From the human T2T-CHM13v2.0 reference genome, Homo sapiens: a stretch of 64,000 nt of DNA. This document shows positions 43,300-59,091 of this stretch, piece after piece. Position numbers and translations under genes: made by a program. Within the stretch, counting starts at the first letter, position 1; each line of letters opens with the position of its first letter. The notes under the pieces are model-generated. The model did no database searches, was not told the DNA's origin, and worked only from the letters and a program-made list of their open reading frames with translations. The stretch lies in assembly GCF_009914755.1 (NCBI RefSeq), contig NC_060932.1; one strand, 5' to 3'.

Positions 43300-46200
43300 C
43301 AGCAAATTAAAGAAATTACCTGGTGGAGGAAAACATTAATTTTTAAAATCAGTTGATTTATTTTCTTTTTTGAATTTTTATAAGGGAGGTGAAATTAACT
43401 TTAGTGCAATGTGCAGATAGAACCATTCCTTCACCTTAGAAATTTCTCAATCATTACCTTCCACAGGCAAGTACTATTCTGATTTCTGTCATATGGATTT
43501 GTTTTTCATGTTTATGAATTTCACTAAACAGATATATAGTATGTCCTTTTTATGTCTTTTCATTTGCTCCACGTAATATTTTTAAGGTTTGCTCATGTTG
43601 TTGTGTGTTTTAGTAGTTCATTCCTTTTTATTGCTGAAGAGTTTTGTTATATGAATATGCCACAATTTGCTATCTGGTCTCCTGTTGACAGACATTTGGA
43701 CATTAGTTTTGGTAGTTTTGAAAGAAAGCTGTGATGCATGTTCTTTTTTTGGACATGTATTTTCATTTCTCTTTGATATTTACAATGAAACTAACAATAA
43801 TTTTGTAAAGTGTTTTACCAGTGTACACTCTCCCTAGTAGTGAATGAGTGTTCTAGTTGCTCCATGTCCTCACTAACATTTTATTGTTGTTCGTTTTACT
43901 GTTGTTAGCCAATCTAGTGGATGTAAAATGTTATCTAATTGTGGTTTTACTTGGCCTTTCCCTGATGACTTTCCTTGATTTTGAGAACCTTTTCATGTGC
44001 TTATTGGCCTTTTGAATGTCACATACAATGTGGTCTTTCATGTCCTGACTTATTTTAAGAATTACGTAGTCTGTTAGTTGATTGTAGGAGTTTTTTGGTC
44101 AGATATATGCATTACAAGTATTTTCTCTCAATGTGTGGGGCTTTTCATATATTTAATTATGGCTTTTGATTATTAGACATTTTAATTTTATGAAGTCCAA
44201 ATTAGCAATTAAAAAGTGTTCAGTGCTAATTTGCTTACTGTGTTACTGTATTGTTTTCCTCTAGAAGTTTTATAGTTTTTATTTTTACATTTAGGCAACT
44301 TCAAGTAAGTTTTGTGTATGGTGTGAAGGAGGCTCCAAGGTTTAATTTTTTCTATGTATTTATCTGGGTCTTCCAGTATCTTTTATTAAAAAACCTTTCC
44401 TCCCCAGTGAATAATCTTAACATTTTTGTCAAAAATCTATTGACTATATATGTTTGAATCTGTTTCTGGGTTGTGTTCTATTTTATTGATCTATTTGCTT
44501 ATATTTATGATCCTAATTCACCGTGTTGATTACTATAGCTGAAAAGTAACTCTAAAAATCAAAGTTGAATCAACTTTGTTATTCTTTTTCATGATTGTTT
44601 TGACATACAAGCTCTTCTGTGTTTAAATATAATTCTCATTGTCAGTTTATATTTGAAAACCTCTTTAGATTTTGATAGGAGTTACATTGAATTTATAGAT
44701 CAATTTGGGAAGAACTATCTTAACAATACTGACTCTTCAAATTCATGAACATGGTATATATCTTCATTTATTTAGGTCTTAGATTTTTCTAAACAGTGTT
44801 TTGTAGTTTTTAGTTCAGAGAATTTGCATATCTTTGTTAAATTTATTCCCAAGTATTTTATGTTTTTTATGTTATTAAATTTTGTTATAAATGTAATTGC
44901 TCACAAATTTTATTTTTCAATATGGCACAGTATTGGTAAGTGTATCCTGCAACTTTACTAAGCTCATATATTAATTATAGTCACTGTTTTTGTATTTTTA
45001 TGTGCAGAATCATGTCATCTGTGAATAAGGGCAGTTTTTGGCCTATTTTAATTAGTTTGACTTTTTTTGTTTTCTTTCCTTATTGCTTTGTTAAAATTTC
45101 AAGTAGAATGTTGTAAAATTTCTTTAAGTTTCTGGTTTGCCAAGAGTTTAATTTTAAATAATAAATGAGTGTTAAATGGTTTTGTCTGCATCTTTTAGGT
45201 GATCATATGGTTTTCTGCTTTATTCTGTGAGTAAATGAATGAAAACAATTTTAGAAATTTCTACTTTTCAGATGTAGAAATAAAAAATGATACATTCCCA
45301 TTAAAATACTACTTTAGCTGGATCCAGAAAATGGATATGTTGTGTTTTATCATTATTCAGTTTGAAATATTTCCTTTGTTTTTTTTTTCATGGTTTATTT
45401 ATATGTGTCTTGTTCAATTTCCACATATTCGGTTTAAATATATATTTTATTATTGACTTCCCATTTAATTCCACTGTTGTTAGATAACGTGTTCTGTAAG
45501 ATTTTAATCTTTGGGCATTTATTAAGATGTATTACATTTATTACCTAAGATATAGTCCATCTTTGTGAGCATCTGATAAGCACTCAAAAATAATGTGTAT
45601 ATTTTGGAGATGTAGTTTTAATGTTCTATAAATGTTAGATAAAGATCATTTGTAGTATTGTTGAAGTGGTTTATATATCTACTGATTTTTTTTCTAGGTG
45701 ATCTATCAATTACTGAAGGAGATGTATTAAAATATTCAATTCTGAATGTGATCTTTTTTGTCCCTTGAGGTCTGTTAATTTTTGTTTTATGGATTTGAAT
45801 GACTGTATATTAGATGTATTAAATGCATATTAGACACATACACATTTCTCTGGTAGTATTTTGAAGTCTACTTTTTTATATTGATGTAACCACTTCAGTT
45901 TCCTTGGCTTAGCATTTGCCTGGAATATTCTTTCCATCTTTTTATGTTTTACTTATGTGATTTTATCTGTAAAGTATATATCTTGTAGTTGTACTTTTTA
46001 GATATTTGATTTGGCAATCTCTTTTAATTGCAGCTTTTAGTTTATTTACATTAATATAATTACTGATATGTTTGGATTTATGTCCACCGTTTCCTATTGT
46101 TTATTTGAATAATGTATTTTTTTTTCCTTTTTATGTTCTCTTTTTCTTTGGGGATAATCAAATTATTTTAGCATTCTATTTAATTATTAAATTTATTTTA

Positions 46201-46459
46201 ATTATATCTATTTAAAAATATCTATCTATCAAATTTGCATTACTTTTTTACTGTTTTCTTTAGAGATTACCAATGCCTCTTTGCTGATTGGAGTTAATAT
46301 TTTACTGACTTCATTTAAAATGTAAGACATTTTTAATGATATAGCTCTATCTACATCCATCCTTTTTGTCATACATTTTATATCTACATCTGTTACACAC
46401 AAATCTTAAATGTTGTAAGTTTATGCAAATCAACAAATTTTGCTTTAAGGAAATTAAGA

Positions 46460-46758
46460 GGCTGGGCATGGTAGCTCATGCCTGTAATCCTAGCACTTTA
46501 GGGGGCTGAGGCGGGTGGATCACTTGAGGCCAGGAGTTTGAGACCAACCTAGCCAACATGGTGAAACCCTGTCTCTACTAAACATACAAAAATTAGCCGG
46601 GCATGGTGATGCATGCCTGTAATCCCAGCTACTCAGGAGGCTGAGGCAGGAGAATCGCTTGAACCCAGGTGGTGGAGGTGGCAGTGAGCCAAGATCGTGC
46701 CCTTGCACTCTAGCCTAGGCGACAGAGTGAGACCCTGTCTCAGAAAAAAAAAAAAAAA
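46460..46758 (+). mobile_element. AluSx/Sz
   Basis: Full dimer; degenerate TSD aaggaaat. Confidence 0.95.
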
Positions 46759-47214
46759 GGAAATGAAAGGAGTTAAGAGAAGAACAAAGGTTATTTTATT
46801 TAAGTACATTTTTACCATTAAAAAAATTTTTTTATAGACCTGAGTTTCCATTTGGTTTCATATCCTTTTAACTTAAATAACTTTCTTTGTGTTTGTAAAA
46901 AATTTAGATGTATTGGCATGAAGCCTTCTGTTTTTTGTTTATCTTAACATATCCTTAGTTCACATTCTTTTTTGATGGATGCTTTCACTGGTATAGAATT
47001 CTATGTTGACAGCCTTTTCTTTCAGTAATGGAAAAAGATAGATTTTTTTTTTTCTTCTGGCCTCCATTGTTCTGGATAATACAGCAGTCATTCCTACTGA
47101 TGTAACCATAAGTGCATGTGTCTTTTTTCTTCTGACTTTTTAAAAGATTACCTTTGTGCTTTTGTTTTATAGCAGTTGACATAAATGTGCCTTGGTATGC
47201 TGCTCTTTATTTTC

Positions 47215-47534
<320 letters not shown>

Positions 47535-49221
47535 TGCTGTTCTTTATTTTTATACTGCTTGAAAGTCTATGAACTTTGGTCTTTAAGCCAATATTTTGCG
47601 CTACATTTGTGACTATTTTGGCCATTATTTCCTCAAGTATTGTTTTTTTGGTCCATGTTTCTCTTTCTTCAATGCATGGATTTCTAATTACACATAAATT
47701 GGGCCATTTGATATTTTCCCATGGACTACTGAGACTCTTCATTTTATTTTATTACCATTACTCTTTGTTGCTCAGATTGAGTTACTCCTTTTGACTGTCT
47801 TCAAGTTCACTGATCTACTTTTCTGTTACCTTCAATCTTCTGTTAAGCCCAAGAAATGAATATACATATTTTTTTCACATATGCTTTTTAGCTCTAGAAT
47901 TTCAATTTGGCTCTTCATTTTAGTTTTCATATGTTCTGATAGTCCTCATCTGTCCATTTATTATATTCATTATAATTATCTTTTTATTTATGTTTTTGCA
48001 CATATTTATAATTGTTGTGTCTGTTAATTCTACCATTTGAATCATCTTGGGATTTGTTTCTACTGATTGTTTTTTCTTTTGACCTTAAGTCACAGTTTTA
48101 TTCTTCTTTACATATCTTGTAATTTTTTATTGTGTTCTTGGCATTATTTATGATATGTTATAGAGGCTTTGGATTCTGTTATTTTCCTTGAAAGAGTGCT
48201 TTTTTTTTGTTCTAGTAAGCATTTGAATTGTGGATTGATCATGTTAGGTTAGTGGAGGCTTGGGTTTACACTTTGTTAGGGCATATTTGCTTTGGTTTTG
48301 TTGTTAGTCGTGCTAAATCACTTAGTCCTGGAACAGGCTATGCATAAACAGTGGGTTCTGGAGTTCTGGAGTTTCAGTGGAAAGTCTAAGGTGTTTCTAT
48401 CCTCTGTAACTTAGTGCAACTTATCATTCAAACTTTGTTTTACCTTTGGTGAGCAGCAGCTATAACGTAGTGTTAATTTCAGGGGCAAACATGGGAGATT
48501 TGAAAAACTTAATTGTTTACACATGTAAATGGAAACACAGTTCTATTGGATATTTTATTGGGAAATCTTAAAAAAGAATATTTTTAAATAGAAATTGATC
48601 ATTATCAATAAAATGGGGACATTAATTATATTCACTCAGGCTATGAGAAATTAAAAGACAATACATACCTAAGCACTTATAGAATCTAGCATATTGGAAG
48701 AGTCTGATGTATATTTGCTATCATCTATCCACTCACTCATTCAATTGCCAAAGATTTTTAAATTACTGATTATGTGCCAGGTGCTGTGCTACTCACTAGA
48801 GATGCAAATATTTGGTTTGTTAAAGGTGGTAGTTAAAGATATATTTGTAAAAGCCTTTGCATTGAAACTTTTATACATTTGTATTAACTTTTTTATATGT
48901 AAGTGAGATCTGGTATTTATTCTCTCTTAGCAAGCCAAATTGAAATCAGGAGATGTTTTAGTTCCAGGTTTGCTGCTATTTCCTCATATGAATTAGGGCA
49001 AGCCAATTCTTCTCTTTATCTCTCAGTTACCCATCTATAGAATGAAAGTATTCCACTAGGTTAATGGAGCCTGATTTGTTTTTAAAACTTGAAGAAGCCC
49101 CGTGCCCAGTAACAACTTTACCCCTGCAGCTCAACTAAGATGTTAACTGAGAAGTTATATCAAAAAGGTAGTAGTCATCCCTCTGTGAATAGTCTCTCTA
49201 CTTTATTATCTACTATTCTGA

Positions 49222-49226
<5 letters not shown>

Positions 49227-49262
<36 letters not shown>
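49227..49262 (+). repeat. (AC)n microsatellite
   Basis: About 18 AC units. Confidence 0.97.
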
Positions 49263-49264
<2 letters not shown>

Positions 49265-50599
49265 ATTCTAAAGACCCAAGGAAAAATTCATTTTAGAGCC
49301 AAACCTGGGAATCAAGATACTATTAAGTATTGTATGTAAATAGAATTATTGCAGCTCATCAGCTAATTCTGTTTTTGTTTTGTTATTTAACAAATGTCTA
49401 GTGAGTTTTGGGTCTGTGGTTAAACTTTTTTATAAGGGTTGGATGAGGAAAAATGTTCACCAAACTATAAACTACAGAAATGAGTCTGAACACTTTCTAA
49501 ATGTGCTTATGTGGGAGGAGTTCAGATAAGTGAAAGAAGAAGTAAGATTGGGGTGAGTGGCTCGGAAATGGAAGTATACTTTTTGGATCAGAAATATGCA
49601 TAACTTGGGTTTGGCTTCCATTGGATATGGGAGACAAGGGCCAGGTTAAGGGGAAGAAGCCCAATGTGTGGATTTAAAGCCAGAGACAAGCTAATTTTAG
49701 ATTACAGACATTAGAGATGGAAAAGATCCACAGGATTATATTACCAAACCCATTCCCCTGCCAGTTCAGAATACATTTGTACAGAAAGCAGATCGCATAT
49801 GAAACTGACCTCAACCAATGGTTGAAAGATGGGGGACAGGCTACTGTGTGCTGCTAGATACATTCACAAGGATGGTGTTCTTCCAAATAAACTCAAGGGT
49901 AACAGGGGATTTTTTTAGGGATCATAAATAAGAAAAATGGATTTACATTTCTGCTCAGTCATTGCTCTGGGCCCTAAACAAATAATACTACAAATGCCAA
50001 ATACAATGTAATAACATAATGCCAAATAATTATAATGCCAAATATAATGATACAAATAAAAATTAGTTCAAGGGGTACTACTTAGATCAAATTAAATTCT
50101 TTTGCCTCTTTAAAAGAAGCTGGGATAGACATATTTGAAACCAAGAGAAAAATGTTTTGAAAACACATTCATCTTCTTTAGATAGTATGGTTGCAGTGTT
50201 TTGTTCTTAAGATTCCTTGTCTACGGGATTGGGGCTGTTGATGAATATTAGAGAGTTTGTGCCCCAATCTCCAAGAGAGTGGTTCCACAATGCCAGTCTG
50301 TTGACTAATACAAATCCACATAGGAGAAGAATAAAGACAATATGAGTGTTTCATAGTGAAACTTTTATTAAAATTAAAAGATTCATCATAATTCTGAGAT
50401 GAAGATCTTCATTTGCTTTTAGAATATCCTTCTTTAAAAAAATAGTATTGGTACACATATTTGTAATCACTTTTCTTTGCAAAATGAAAGTTGATAAATA
50501 ACCCTATAGAAATCCCTGCATTTAAACAACGAGTCTATAGCATTCAAATTCAAGGTACAATTTCTTCAGAACAGTCTGAGGGCATTTTAAAAACAAAAG

Positions 50600-50772
50600 G
50601 GAATGTACATCAAAACTAAACCTTTATCAGTTGTGAGATAATCCATTATTTTAGGTGTAACCAAGAAAGAAAACACAGATGAATTATTTGTGCCATCAAT
50701 GGTAAGATGTATCCTGATATCAGAATTGTTAATATGTGAAAGGATATGACCCAAAGAATCTACAAAATGTAC
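50600..50772. mobile_element. MER104-like (TcMar-Tc2) MITE
   Basis: ccattatttta...aagaaagaaaa...gccatcaatggtaagatgtatcctgatatcaga...aatatgtgaaa. Confidence 0.65.
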
Positions 50773-53700
50773 TATATAATTAGCATAAAGAATTTTCATT
50801 CATTTAACACATAATTATTAGAAATATTCTTACTGAGTATTTGTTCATTAACACAATGCATTTGAGTTCAGGCTTTGAAGAGTTTCTGAGTGATAACATT
50901 AGATCATGTCCTCCATTTTTCATTTTTTTTCTCCTCAGTGTAACATTTCTCAAAATTTGGAAGTCTTCCAAGTTACAGTTTTTAGATATTTCTTGCTTGA
51001 CAACTATATGTTTGGGTGTGCCAAGTGCTTGACTATGCAAACCATTCTATATCCTCAAACAGTCATAGCTCAGTGGATGCATAGCAGACTAAATAATCAC
51101 CATAATATATAGGATGTGCTTCTATAAGGCAGGGAGTGGCACTGTGAGCTGCTAGACACATTCCTAAGGATGCTGTTCTTTTTGATAAGTTAAAGAGTAA
51201 CAGAATATTTAGTGATTATAAATGAGAAAGATGAATTTTAGTTTTTGCTCATCCTAAATATCTATCCAAGTCTTTCTCAAAGAGAACTGCTGAACTTACT
51301 CTGTCATATTTATGTAGAAAATAATGCAATTTCATCCCTACGATCAATTATTAAACTCCTCTCATTAGTATTTAACTATACCTCAGTGACAATTTTTTGT
51401 TCATGCTCAAATTCCCTAGTTAGTACAATTGCAATTTTTAGTATTGCAAAATACAGGCACACTAACTAACCTGAAGTTCATCATAGTTCTGTCACTGGGG
51501 GAGATTAGGTGGGGCTGGACTTATAAAGAGGCAATGTTGGAATTTTTTGTAAAAAACAGTCTGTCTTGTATCTGAAAAGCTTTACTCTAGAAAAGTCTAT
51601 TATATAGAGGTTTTATTAAGTTAGCCCAATTTCTTTACCAGAAACATAGAACAACTACTTATCAATTTTTATGTTTTCCTACTGCTTAGTATCCATGGTG
51701 CACCTATAGGAAAACAGTGTGGTTCAGAGTAAATAAAATGAAGATCAGGATTGAGAAAATCAGATCATGACCCCTTAATAGAAAAATTCGTTTTGGCTTC
51801 ATTCATGTCTAAATATCTCCATTTAATGGTGCTGATACTTCATCAGAGATAGTAGGGAAACGCTGAAAATGTTCTGTGGAAATGCTAGTAGATATGGACA
51901 GGAGACAGAGTTTTAGCTGTTTCTTGAAGACAGTTATAATAGGTAGTATATGTGCTCTCAGTGGTGCATGTTGACACTGAAAAACAACTGATAGGAAACC
52001 CACTATGCAATTATAAAATACTCATGATACTGAAATAGCAGTCTTTTTTGTGCCACAGGTTCACGGTAGGAAAGAATTTTAATATGCTTAAGATGGGGGT
52101 TTGACCTAACATTCTGATGTGTGATGAAGTTGAAAATATGTAACTTGGGATAAGAAAATGATCTGTAAGGAGAGGAGAAGGAAATTTGTGGCTTTTTTCC
52201 ATTTGAAAATAATTATGGTTTCCTTTAGCCAACTCCAGGAGATTTAATAACTTTTTGTATTGGAGAAGGGTGGCCCATGCCATATGGCTACCCCTTACTT
52301 CTGTGTTCAAACTACAAAAAGCACAGTTTGGAAGCCCAGCAAAATTTATTCATTGTAAATTCATTCTGTAATTCTTTTTATGTCTAAAAATTATATTCAA
52401 GACCCCTTTTTGGCTCTTGAATTGCCTTTAAAAAAATTAACTGGCAAGTGTTTGAGGAGGCTGAGGGAATAATTTCTAAGTGAGTGACAGAAAACTGTAC
52501 CCTTTCCGCAGATCATTTCAAAATAACCTTTGATGAGTCCACAATCCATTTTAATTACCTGTGCAAATATCCCATTTCTAATCGTGTGAGCAATGAATGC
52601 CCTTGTAACTCTGTGTAATTGCTTGGAATATTGCTACTTAGATATAGAATCCTTTATGAGGGACACTTATTCAACAACAAAATTAAGGGCCAGAGTATTT
52701 TGAATTTTGACCTAAAATTCAGCCATGCAACCTTGGATACTTCCAGTTTCCCTTTAAAATTATTTCCTCCTGTTTCTATGGAGAGAAGGAAAAAATGATT
52801 TCAGAATGTTATCAGATTGTTTCAAACTATTTATCACATTAAACAATTTGTTCAGGCGGAATAAACATTGATTTCAACAGATGTAAAGGAAGTAGTTATA
52901 ATATTCTGCTTGTTCAACATGTTAAACATCTATTTTTTTAAACGAAGAACATTTAAAGAATTTCATAGAGATTTTTATTTTGTCCCTTTTTCCAAAGAAG
53001 ACTTAGAGAAAATTTCAGCTACTTGGCAATTGACAAAAATGTTTAGAGAATGACCACAATCACCCAGATTCACTTTGAGTAGTGTTTAAGCTACAAGACA
53101 CTATGACTCAGTGATCAGAGGCAAATCTCTTAAACTGTTAGTCTCTTCATATTTATTTTTCCAAACATGTAATTATGATTACCATGATATTATCAGTAAA
53201 GTCCATCATAGTCCTTGGAAGTAGTGTACTACTTATATGACTTATGATAATTCTTTCTTCAAATGATAACATCCATTTGTAGTTTTTAAGAATAACTGTT
53301 CACCGTCCCTAAATGAGTTGCTATCATTACCCCTAAAACATAGAGTTGAAGTCATCCCTACAGTTTTGAGGGGATATAATAAATACAATATTGACATGGT
53401 GTGCTCCTATTCTTAAAGAATTTTATTAACTCATTGCAAACTTTATTGAGATGGTGAATTCAAATGAATACCTATACTTTAGCAGTTTAATCCCCAATGA
53501 AGATTATTTTATAACATGGAAATATTAAATATTAATATATATAAATTAATATAACAAGGAAATATTAATTTTCTTTAAGCTATGAGTAAATGACCATGAC
53601 CAGATTGTCCCAAGACACCACTCATTCTAAGTTTGTGAGGTCATTATAAAGGACACATGTGAAATGAAGACAATGTTTACAGTTGTTGGCCCATGGCCCA

Positions 53701-53950
53701 CTTACATGGATACACTTCTTCAGTAGTGTAGAATGAATGTCCTGGTTTGATCTGCCCATGCTGGGTTAAACAGGGTCCAAATGAGGAAGCAGTGCAAGGT
53801 CCATCCACAACTCAAGAATGGTTTTGTATAGCAAATGGAAAGAAGAAGATACTTTGATGAATTGTGTTTGTTTCTTCTTGAGTTTAGTGGGATATTGGAG
53901 CATTTCAAGACTAGTTCTCAAGTTGTAAGGATCCATTTCCACAGGGATGA

Positions 53951-54339
53951 TATACCAGGTTAAATAGTGTCACCTCAAAATTCTTATCTACCTGGACCCT
54001 GTGAATTTAACCTTATTTGGAGATAGAGTCTTTGCAGATGAATCAATTGTAGTGAGGTCATATTGGATTAGAGCGGCCCCCAGTCCAATATGACTTGTGT
54101 CCTTATAAGAAGAGAGAAATTGAGGCACACACACCAGCTATGGTAGAGGTGGGGATTTGAGAGGCAGCCACAGAAGATAGAAAAGAGGCCAGCAGCACGC
54201 TCTTCACTGAGCCTCCAGACACCCTGCTGATATTTCAATTTCAGATTTTTGGCCTCCAGACTATGGGAGAAAAAATTTTGGTGGTTTTAACTCACCCTGT
54301 TTCTGGTAATTAGTTTGCGCAGCCCTTGGAAACTATACA
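53951..54339 (+). mobile_element. MLT1B/C MaLR LTR
   Basis: ccttatttggagatagagtctttgcagatg...gtccttataagaagag...tggcctccaga...gcagcccttggaaactataca. Confidence 0.85.
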
Positions 54340-54642
54340 GGTGATAACTGGGTCTGATAGTGAATTGGTTCACTAATGGGGCAAGAAAATATTCATAAAA
54401 ATGGAGGGGTACAATCAGACCCTGGTGTGCTGTGCCAACACTTGGTGGGTGGAAGCCCAAAAGAGGTAAGAAAACAAAAGCAGAGAAGTACCAGAAATAA
54501 CTCAAACAAGCTCTACTTTTCAAAAAAAGAGAGCTTCATCAGTGTCATATATAATGGAAATAATGAGGAGAATGAGACCTAGAGAAAGGGAGCTGGCAGG
54601 ATATAGATTATCAGACACTTTTGAGAAAACATTTTAAAAGAG

Positions 54643-54830
54643 CAGCATCTCTCAATCTTGAGTGTGCATAAGAATGACACACAGACCTTTTTAAAAATGC
54701 AAGTCCCAGAGCGACCTCTGTGGATAGTAATTCTATAGATCTAGTGTTTTGTCTGGGATTCTGCATTTTGACAGGCACTCCAGGTGATTCTGAGGCAGAA
54801 GCTTCTGGCACTTCAATTTGTGAAACGCTA
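54643..54830. mobile_element. MER5A/B (hAT-Charlie)
   Basis: tctcaatcttgagtgtgcataagaat...tctgcattttgacaggcactccaggtgattctga. Confidence 0.8.
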
Positions 54831-54845
54831 ATGCAATGGTGAAGT

Positions 54846-55875
54846 CAGGGTGAATCAGGGTTTGTGGAACCAGAAACTAATACTATTTAGGGACTTTAAG
54901 CAAAAGAATAGGAATAAAATGAATATTTATTGAGTGAGAAAAGGAATAACAAATTATACATTGAAAAGTACAATTGTCTTCCACTTTAAAGACATTTTGA
55001 AGTTTCTGCCAATTTTATTTCTTTTGGTTAACAGGTTTGGCTTCCACTGGGATACTTCTTTAGAATATATTTGATGTTTTATATGAATAATTCTGAAAAT
55101 GTACAAAATTAATTTGAAATTAAGGCATGCGCAGGAGCTATTCAAATGTACTTAAAATTACAACCACATTATATTCAGCAACATAATTCTGAATAAATTA
55201 CTCTTATGCCACCACTGGATTACTTCCTAATGCAATATGTGCAGGAGCTTTGTCACTGGAATACTTGTTTCTTCAGGCAATTTATCTGTGTTGGTGGCAA
55301 TCTGTGGGCAGCATTGAGTACAACATCTAGTCTTCAATAAGGATAAAGTGCATCAGATATCCTGAGATACTATCCAATAATTTGGGATGCATAAAACATG
55401 TTAATTCAAGCAGACATATTAGTATTCATTGCACTGCTATAGATGTGTGCCCCACGAATGGGGATTCTGATTAATTTCATTCATTATGATCTCCATTAAA
55501 AGGAAGAAATACATAATGTTCCTTAAATTGTATGTGTCATGTTGATCAAGCATTTGTTGATAAAGGAGAAATTTATTTTGACTAAGCATCAATGAGAAGG
55601 GAATGTTCCATTTGTAACTTTCTACTGATTAGTTTCTGGCTCTGAACCTTCCAAATCTTGATTCTCCTCCATTTCAACACAATTCTGGTGTCAGTTGCTC
55701 TATTACAATACAACTTCTGACCCTGCAACTTCATGTCATGTCGCCAATTTTACTAAAACATATGTCTATGTGAACACATTGCCAGGGCCACTTCCAGGGC
55801 CTCAGCTAGTAGACTCCTTTATGGGAGGGCCCCTGAAGCTTAAGCTTCCTTAGCTTAATGGAAAATCTAATACTG
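54846..55875 (-). mobile_element. Zaphod/MER115-like hAT-Tip100 derivative
   Basis: End motif gagggcccctgaagcttaagcttccttagctt...aaatc and degenerate opposite end at 54846. Confidence 0.6.
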
Positions 55876-58396
55876 AACAGCAGGAACAGAAACTGGCCTG
55901 CAGGGAGTAAAGGAGGGCCCAGTGGATAGGCAATGAAGTTCCTGCAGGGGCCTGAGGAGTTAATCCAGGAAGAAATGAGCTATGGAATGGTGGTTATGAA
56001 GAGTGGTAGGGTCCTAAGAAAAGGTTCTATTTGTGGAGTTGACCTGTTATGTTTGGGGACATGAATATACAGAGAAAGAGAGAGAGAATGAGAGAGAGGA
56101 GGAGAAGGAAGATAAACAGGTGGAGGAGAAAGAGGAGAAGAGAAGACAAAAAGGAAGAGAATTAGAATAGCAGTGTTAAAATGTTCAGTCACAGACCCTG
56201 GGCTTTTTGCTTTCTCTTCCCACTTTCTTGGAGTTGGTCTACATTCCTGAAGGCTTTGTCCTTGTATTGGGAGAGGGTATTCTCTATCCTCTTGGGCTTT
56301 CCCTACAGAACATCTTCTGCCAGCACTTGGATGTCAGTCTGCATCTGAGGCCACTGCCAATGCTTTGTCCCACTTTGGCCTTTGGGCGTTGCACCCTTAC
56401 CCTCTTCATTTTTCTGCTCTTAGCCATAAATCTGTCCCACATTTCTCTTGTAAAAACCTCTGAGACAGCAAGGAAAGGATTAGAGGATAGGCACAGGAGC
56501 ATGCTGAGTTAAAAATGGGGTACATAATAAGCTTAAGCAGATTATCCTAATATAGATACTTTCCCGGGAAAGCAGAACATTAATGCTCTGCTCTCTAAAG
56601 CCTATTAAATAAACATACATATTATTTAATGACCCTGATTTTTGCCATTGTAAGTTTTAACACATAAATTCTTTATCAAAATTAATCATGAAAGACTGCA
56701 TTGTAAATAGATTTTCTTTGGCTATTGAGGAGCTAGGTCTTTTAAGAGATTTTGGAACCTGTTGCCTAAAAATAACAACACAATTCAAAGTGCCCACATT
56801 TGGCTGTGTTCATATGCTGCCAAAAAAATTCGGAAGAAAAGTGAAAAGTTCACCCATTCATTTGGATATTTCCAAGTATCCAGATGTTTGGCATCATCCA
56901 GACTAAATGTTAGGTGACTAATTGATTGGGTTGCTCATGTTCCACATGTTTGGCATTGTATGGATAGATTCTGATTATGCTCTCAGACAGGGAAGTACAA
57001 TGTGTTTTACATGCTCACATGGGACCCCAAAGCTAATGGTGTCAAATGAATTTTTCCTGTTTGACCCCCATGGGTCAAACTCAGTTCAGTTTCACTTGTA
57101 TTTTTCATTCCTACAAAAATGCAGGTGCAGCTATTTTATTGCCATTAAATCTCATAAAGCACTGAAAGATTTGAATGAGAAAAACAATTCTGTTCCAGCA
57201 GAAAGCATTTCATCCTAAGGAATAAAATTTTCCTCTCTTTATTCCAGCAAATGAACAATAAAAAGTATATGAAATCATAGTATCACTGAGTCTTAGAATA
57301 AACATCAAAACTTGAATAATTTTTTTAAAAAGATGGAACTAAGAGATGGAATTTTATAAAAACAAACTTTCAGTTAGATGGTATCTAAACAAACTTTATT
57401 ATTTTAACACATAAAGATTTAAAAGAGTTAAGAATATGGCTAGGTGATTTTAACTATATATAGTGACTCCTTGAGTTCTGTTTGCCTAGAGTTAATTTTT
57501 TGTCAAGTACTTCCTGGCTGGGCTGGGCTACTTATTTTTTATTGATTGTGTGTTCTAAGTGGAGCTATAATAGAAAACTAAGAAAATAGATCAATTTAGG
57601 GACCAGAGAGCTACCACAGAAGAGCTATTCGCATTAATTTAAGAGACTTGGGCCTGTGAGCATTTCCTTCAATACATCTAATGACTTAATTCAACAAATA
57701 TTGTCTGAGCTGTTTTCATTTGAAGAGCCTATTTTCCTTAGTGCCTTGGGACATGTAGAGTTGAACAGGGTAAAAATCGTTCATTCCAGCTGATGGTAAG
57801 TTAGAGACTATTGGGCAGAAGCAAGCAATTTTATAAAAATACACTGTAGGGAAGAAATGGTACCTACCAAATAGACATTAATGATCAACTGTCAATACTT
57901 CAAGACATTGAGACCTGTAGGAGTTACTAACATATTCTTTAGAAAAATGAATAGAAATTAGGAATAATTTAAGGAACTTAATCCTTCTTGCTTCTGTTTG
58001 ACACAGAAACCACTAAGAAGAGGGTAAAACAAAAATTGGGAATGAGAATCCTAGAATTTTTTTTATACTTGAATGATTTCAAAAGATATGCCAGCATTTA
58101 AACAAGCCTTTAAGAATCTAGTAGATTAGAAAGCATTTGAGTGATGAAGTGACAAGGACGTAAGTTGAAATCAATACAAATACAAAACCTGATGAATTGT
58201 TTCATTCAGAAGAGATCAAATTATTAAAAGATCAAGTGCAAAGGGAAAAGTTTATAGATATTAATGTGTTCTGATAAACTAAGAACCAGACAGTACATGA
58301 AAGCTTAGCTTTAGGGTGGATGACATTGCAAGTGATATGTAATTAAGGCAATAAGTTACGGCAAATGAGTAAATAACATTTCTAAGATTGATCCTC

Positions 58397-59091
<695 letters not shown>

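Noticed and set aside
49993-50044. aatgccaaata x3 (NFI half-site-like)
   Set aside because: Degenerate AT-rich low-complexity repeat
50399-50412. 14-bp palindrome atgaagatcttcat (also 8-bp stems near 16016 and 29486)
   Set aside because: Short enough to be expected by chance in 64 kb
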